Below are positions 42,983 to 44,244 of a stretch of DNA of 44,244 bases, in pieces (position 1 is the stretch's first letter; the number at the start of each line of letters is the position of its first letter). The translations under genes and the position numbers were made by a program. A model generated the notes under the pieces. The model did not search any database. It was not told the DNA's origin and worked only from the letters and a program-made list of their open reading frames with translations. The DNA lies in NCBI GenBank assembly GCA_902385155.1, contig CABMEP010000051.1, forward strand, positions 1 through 44,244. Reading direction: 5' to 3'. The DNA is from an uncultured archaeon (GTDB taxonomy: Archaea > Micrarchaeota > Micrarchaeia > CABMEP01).

Positions 42983-43415
42983 AAGTACCATCCACATTGA
43001 CCAGGCTTATCCTCTGCAGGCCCGCGGTCCTCTTGCCTGCCAGATTGCCGGTCACATTGGCAAAAGTGCTGCCCACCATGTCCAGCTGCCTGCCGTCCGC
43101 GTTCATCCGCAGCACCACAAGGCCGTTGTCCACCGAGCCGTTGAGCACGCCGTCCGGGTAGTTGACGATTATGACCTTGCTGGCGTTTGCGCCCTGCAGG
43201 TATATCTCGCCAGCCTCGTCCGCGATTGTCCTGACGCTGGCCTTGGCCTGCAGCAGCGAGGCCTTGCCAAGCTCGGAGTTGGAGGAGGAGAGGAATACTA
43301 GCGCAAGGGGTATGATGAATATCACGGCAAAGCTGGCCATGACAAGCATTTCAGTCGCCGCTTGCCCGCGCAAGCGGCGAGCAGTCGATGTGCATTTTGC
43401 AGGGGCAAAATGCAT
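42957..43415 (-). CDS. class III signal peptide (type IV pilin-like) protein
   Basis: ...ARRLRG|QAATEMLVMASFAVIFIIPLALVFL. Start candidates are ATG 43415 (MHFAP...), TTG 43373 (giving MRGQAATE) and ATG 43478. The track start 43547 overlaps the upstream gene. Confidence 0.65.
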   Translation of the reverse strand: MHFAPAKCTSTARRLRGQAATEMLVMASFAVIFIIPLALVFLSSSNSELGKASLLQAKASVRTIADEAGEIYLQGANASKVIIVNYPDGVLNGSVDNGLVVLRMNADGRQLDMVGSTFANVTGNLAGKRTAGLQRISLVNVDGTYVNITYAQ

Positions 43416-43438
43416 CAGACATCGAGCAGAGCTCGATG
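43391..43438. repeat. two adjacent perfect inverted repeats (hairpins)
   Basis: The first is TGCATTTTGC-AGGG-GCAAAATGCA (43391-43414, 10-bp stem). The second is CATCGAGC-AGA-GCTCGATG (43420-43438, 8-bp stem). Confidence 0.8.
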
Positions 43439-43515
43439 CTGAGCCTGAGCTCGACTCAATGGCAGCCTGCCCGCGCATGCCTTGGTTTGCATTGTTCTTC
43501 ATCATCGCAATCACT

Positions 43516-44244
43516 TTATGGCGGCTCCACTCCGCACGAGGAGGCAATCACTCCGCTGGTGTCCTCCTTGCATATCAGCGGCCTCAGGCCGTAGCGGTCT
43601 ATGGAGTTTTGTATGGTGAGGCTGTAGAGGATCACGGGGTCATTGCCAGTCATCCTGAACCTGCCGGTGGCGTTCTGCGTCACGTTTGCGTTGGTCGAGC
43701 ACATCTGCATGTCCTTGCAGCCGGACATGCCCTTCACCCTCACGTTCTGCGGCGAGTTGGTGATGGCGTGCGGCGAAACCGTCTCGCCGTAGAACTCCCA
43801 GTCCAGCCTGGACATCTTCTTGTTGAGCGTGTCGTTGGCGCCGCCCGCCCATTTCCCTGTCAGTATGGTCTCAATGCCAAGCGCGCTGTTGGAATAGGCG
43901 TGCGAGCTGTTGAGCATCCTCTGGAAGAATGACGGCCCCGGGCCCTGCACGTAGAATCCGCACATGGCCATGTCGCGTATGGCGTGTATGTCCCAGAGCC
44001 TGTTGTAGCCCTGCCCTGGCAGCTTGTAGGCCCAGTCGCCCGCAGGGGCAGACGCGGCCGGCAGGTCGTTTTGGTTGTCGAACAGCACAAAAGGCAGGCC
44101 GCTTCCATCCCAGTCCGTGTAGTTGACATAGTTCACATTCGAGGGGCCGAGGCTTGGCGTGCCGTCCATCACCAGGAAGGGCTTGGATAGGTTGTTGCCG
44201 TAGCGCGCATTGGTGAAGTTGTAGCAGCCTATGCCTGAAACCAC
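43516..44244 (-). CDS. secreted Cys-containing protein, 5'-truncated by window edge
   Basis: The frame is open to the window end, and the apparent M is a GTG at the edge. It is Asn/Gly/Ser-rich with several Cys, and lies upstream of the pilin-like genes on the same strand. No family recognised. Confidence 0.5.
   Translation of the reverse strand: MVSGIGCYNFTNARYGNNLSKPFLVMDGTPSLGPSNVNYVNYTDWDGSGLPFVLFDNQNDLPAASAPAGDWAYKLPGQGYNRLWDIHAIRDMAMCGFYVQGPGPSFFQRMLNSSHAYSNSALGIETILTGKWAGGANDTLNKKMSRLDWEFYGETVSPHAITNSPQNVRVKGMSGCKDMQMCSTNANVTQNATGRFRMTGNDPVILYSLTIQNSIDRYGLRPLICKEDTSGVIASSCGVEPP

Noticed and set aside
1-44244. Genome-wide reassignment of TAA/TAG as sense codons, as an explanation for the in-frame stops in scpA and the MBL gene.
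   Set aside because: By my reading, TAA and TAG terminate roughly 17-18 other CDS at sensible ends (for example rfcS, infB, dus, dodecin, mgtC). Reading through rfcS TAA runs into promoter DNA and another TAA. Local read-through or mutation is the more likely explanation.
1-44244. CRISPR arrays, rRNA genes, and transposase or integrase genes.
   Set aside because: No regularly spaced direct repeats, no rRNA-like conserved stretches and no DDE, tyrosine- or serine-recombinase motifs were seen in any long ORF.

Overview
This is an archaeal chromosomal segment of about 55-62% GC by hand counts of sample lines. It is densely packed with mostly housekeeping genes. These include ScpA/ScpB, the RFC small subunit, IleRS, a short AlaRS, aIF5B, GGGP synthase, Dus, OGG, a DHH/RecJ-like protein, two P-type ATPases (Ca-type and MgtA-type), MgtC, VIT1, dodecin, CutA and a cluster of class-III-signal (type IV pilin-like) proteins. 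There are five tRNA genes, and three of them carry introns. The archaeal information-processing genes, tRNA introns, TATA boxes 24-29 nt upstream of start codons, short synthetases and nucleoside-kinase paralogues suggest a small-genome (DPANN-like) archaeon, but taxonomy cannot be settled from the sequence alone. Eight things stand out. (1) A ~1 kb AT-rich island (6595-7615) carries two overlapping ORFs of unknown function; it is my best candidate for an undescribed accessory module. (2) A second AT-rich insertion carries an apparently free-standing LAGLIDADG endonuclease between tRNA-Glu and tRNA-Leu, and its ORF reads into tRNA-Leu. (3) tRNA-Leu(CAA) has an intron at a non-canonical position in the anticodon stem. 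(4) Two conserved genes (ScpA, and an MBL-fold hydrolase) each contain a single in-frame stop (TAA, TAG) with family-typical sequence continuing in frame. (5) Three tandem divergent deoxynucleoside-kinase-like genes lie next to a ParB-like gene and that MBL gene. (6) A LonB-like AAA+ ATPase has no protease or membrane domain but has a zinc-ribbon insertion. (7) A tandem pair of paralogous small proteins has sigma70-region-4-like C-termini. (8) A pilin cluster contains a decayed duplicate signal-peptide start and twin perfect hairpins. I saw no CRISPR array, rRNA or transposase. All family calls come from motif recognition by eye; no database search was possible.
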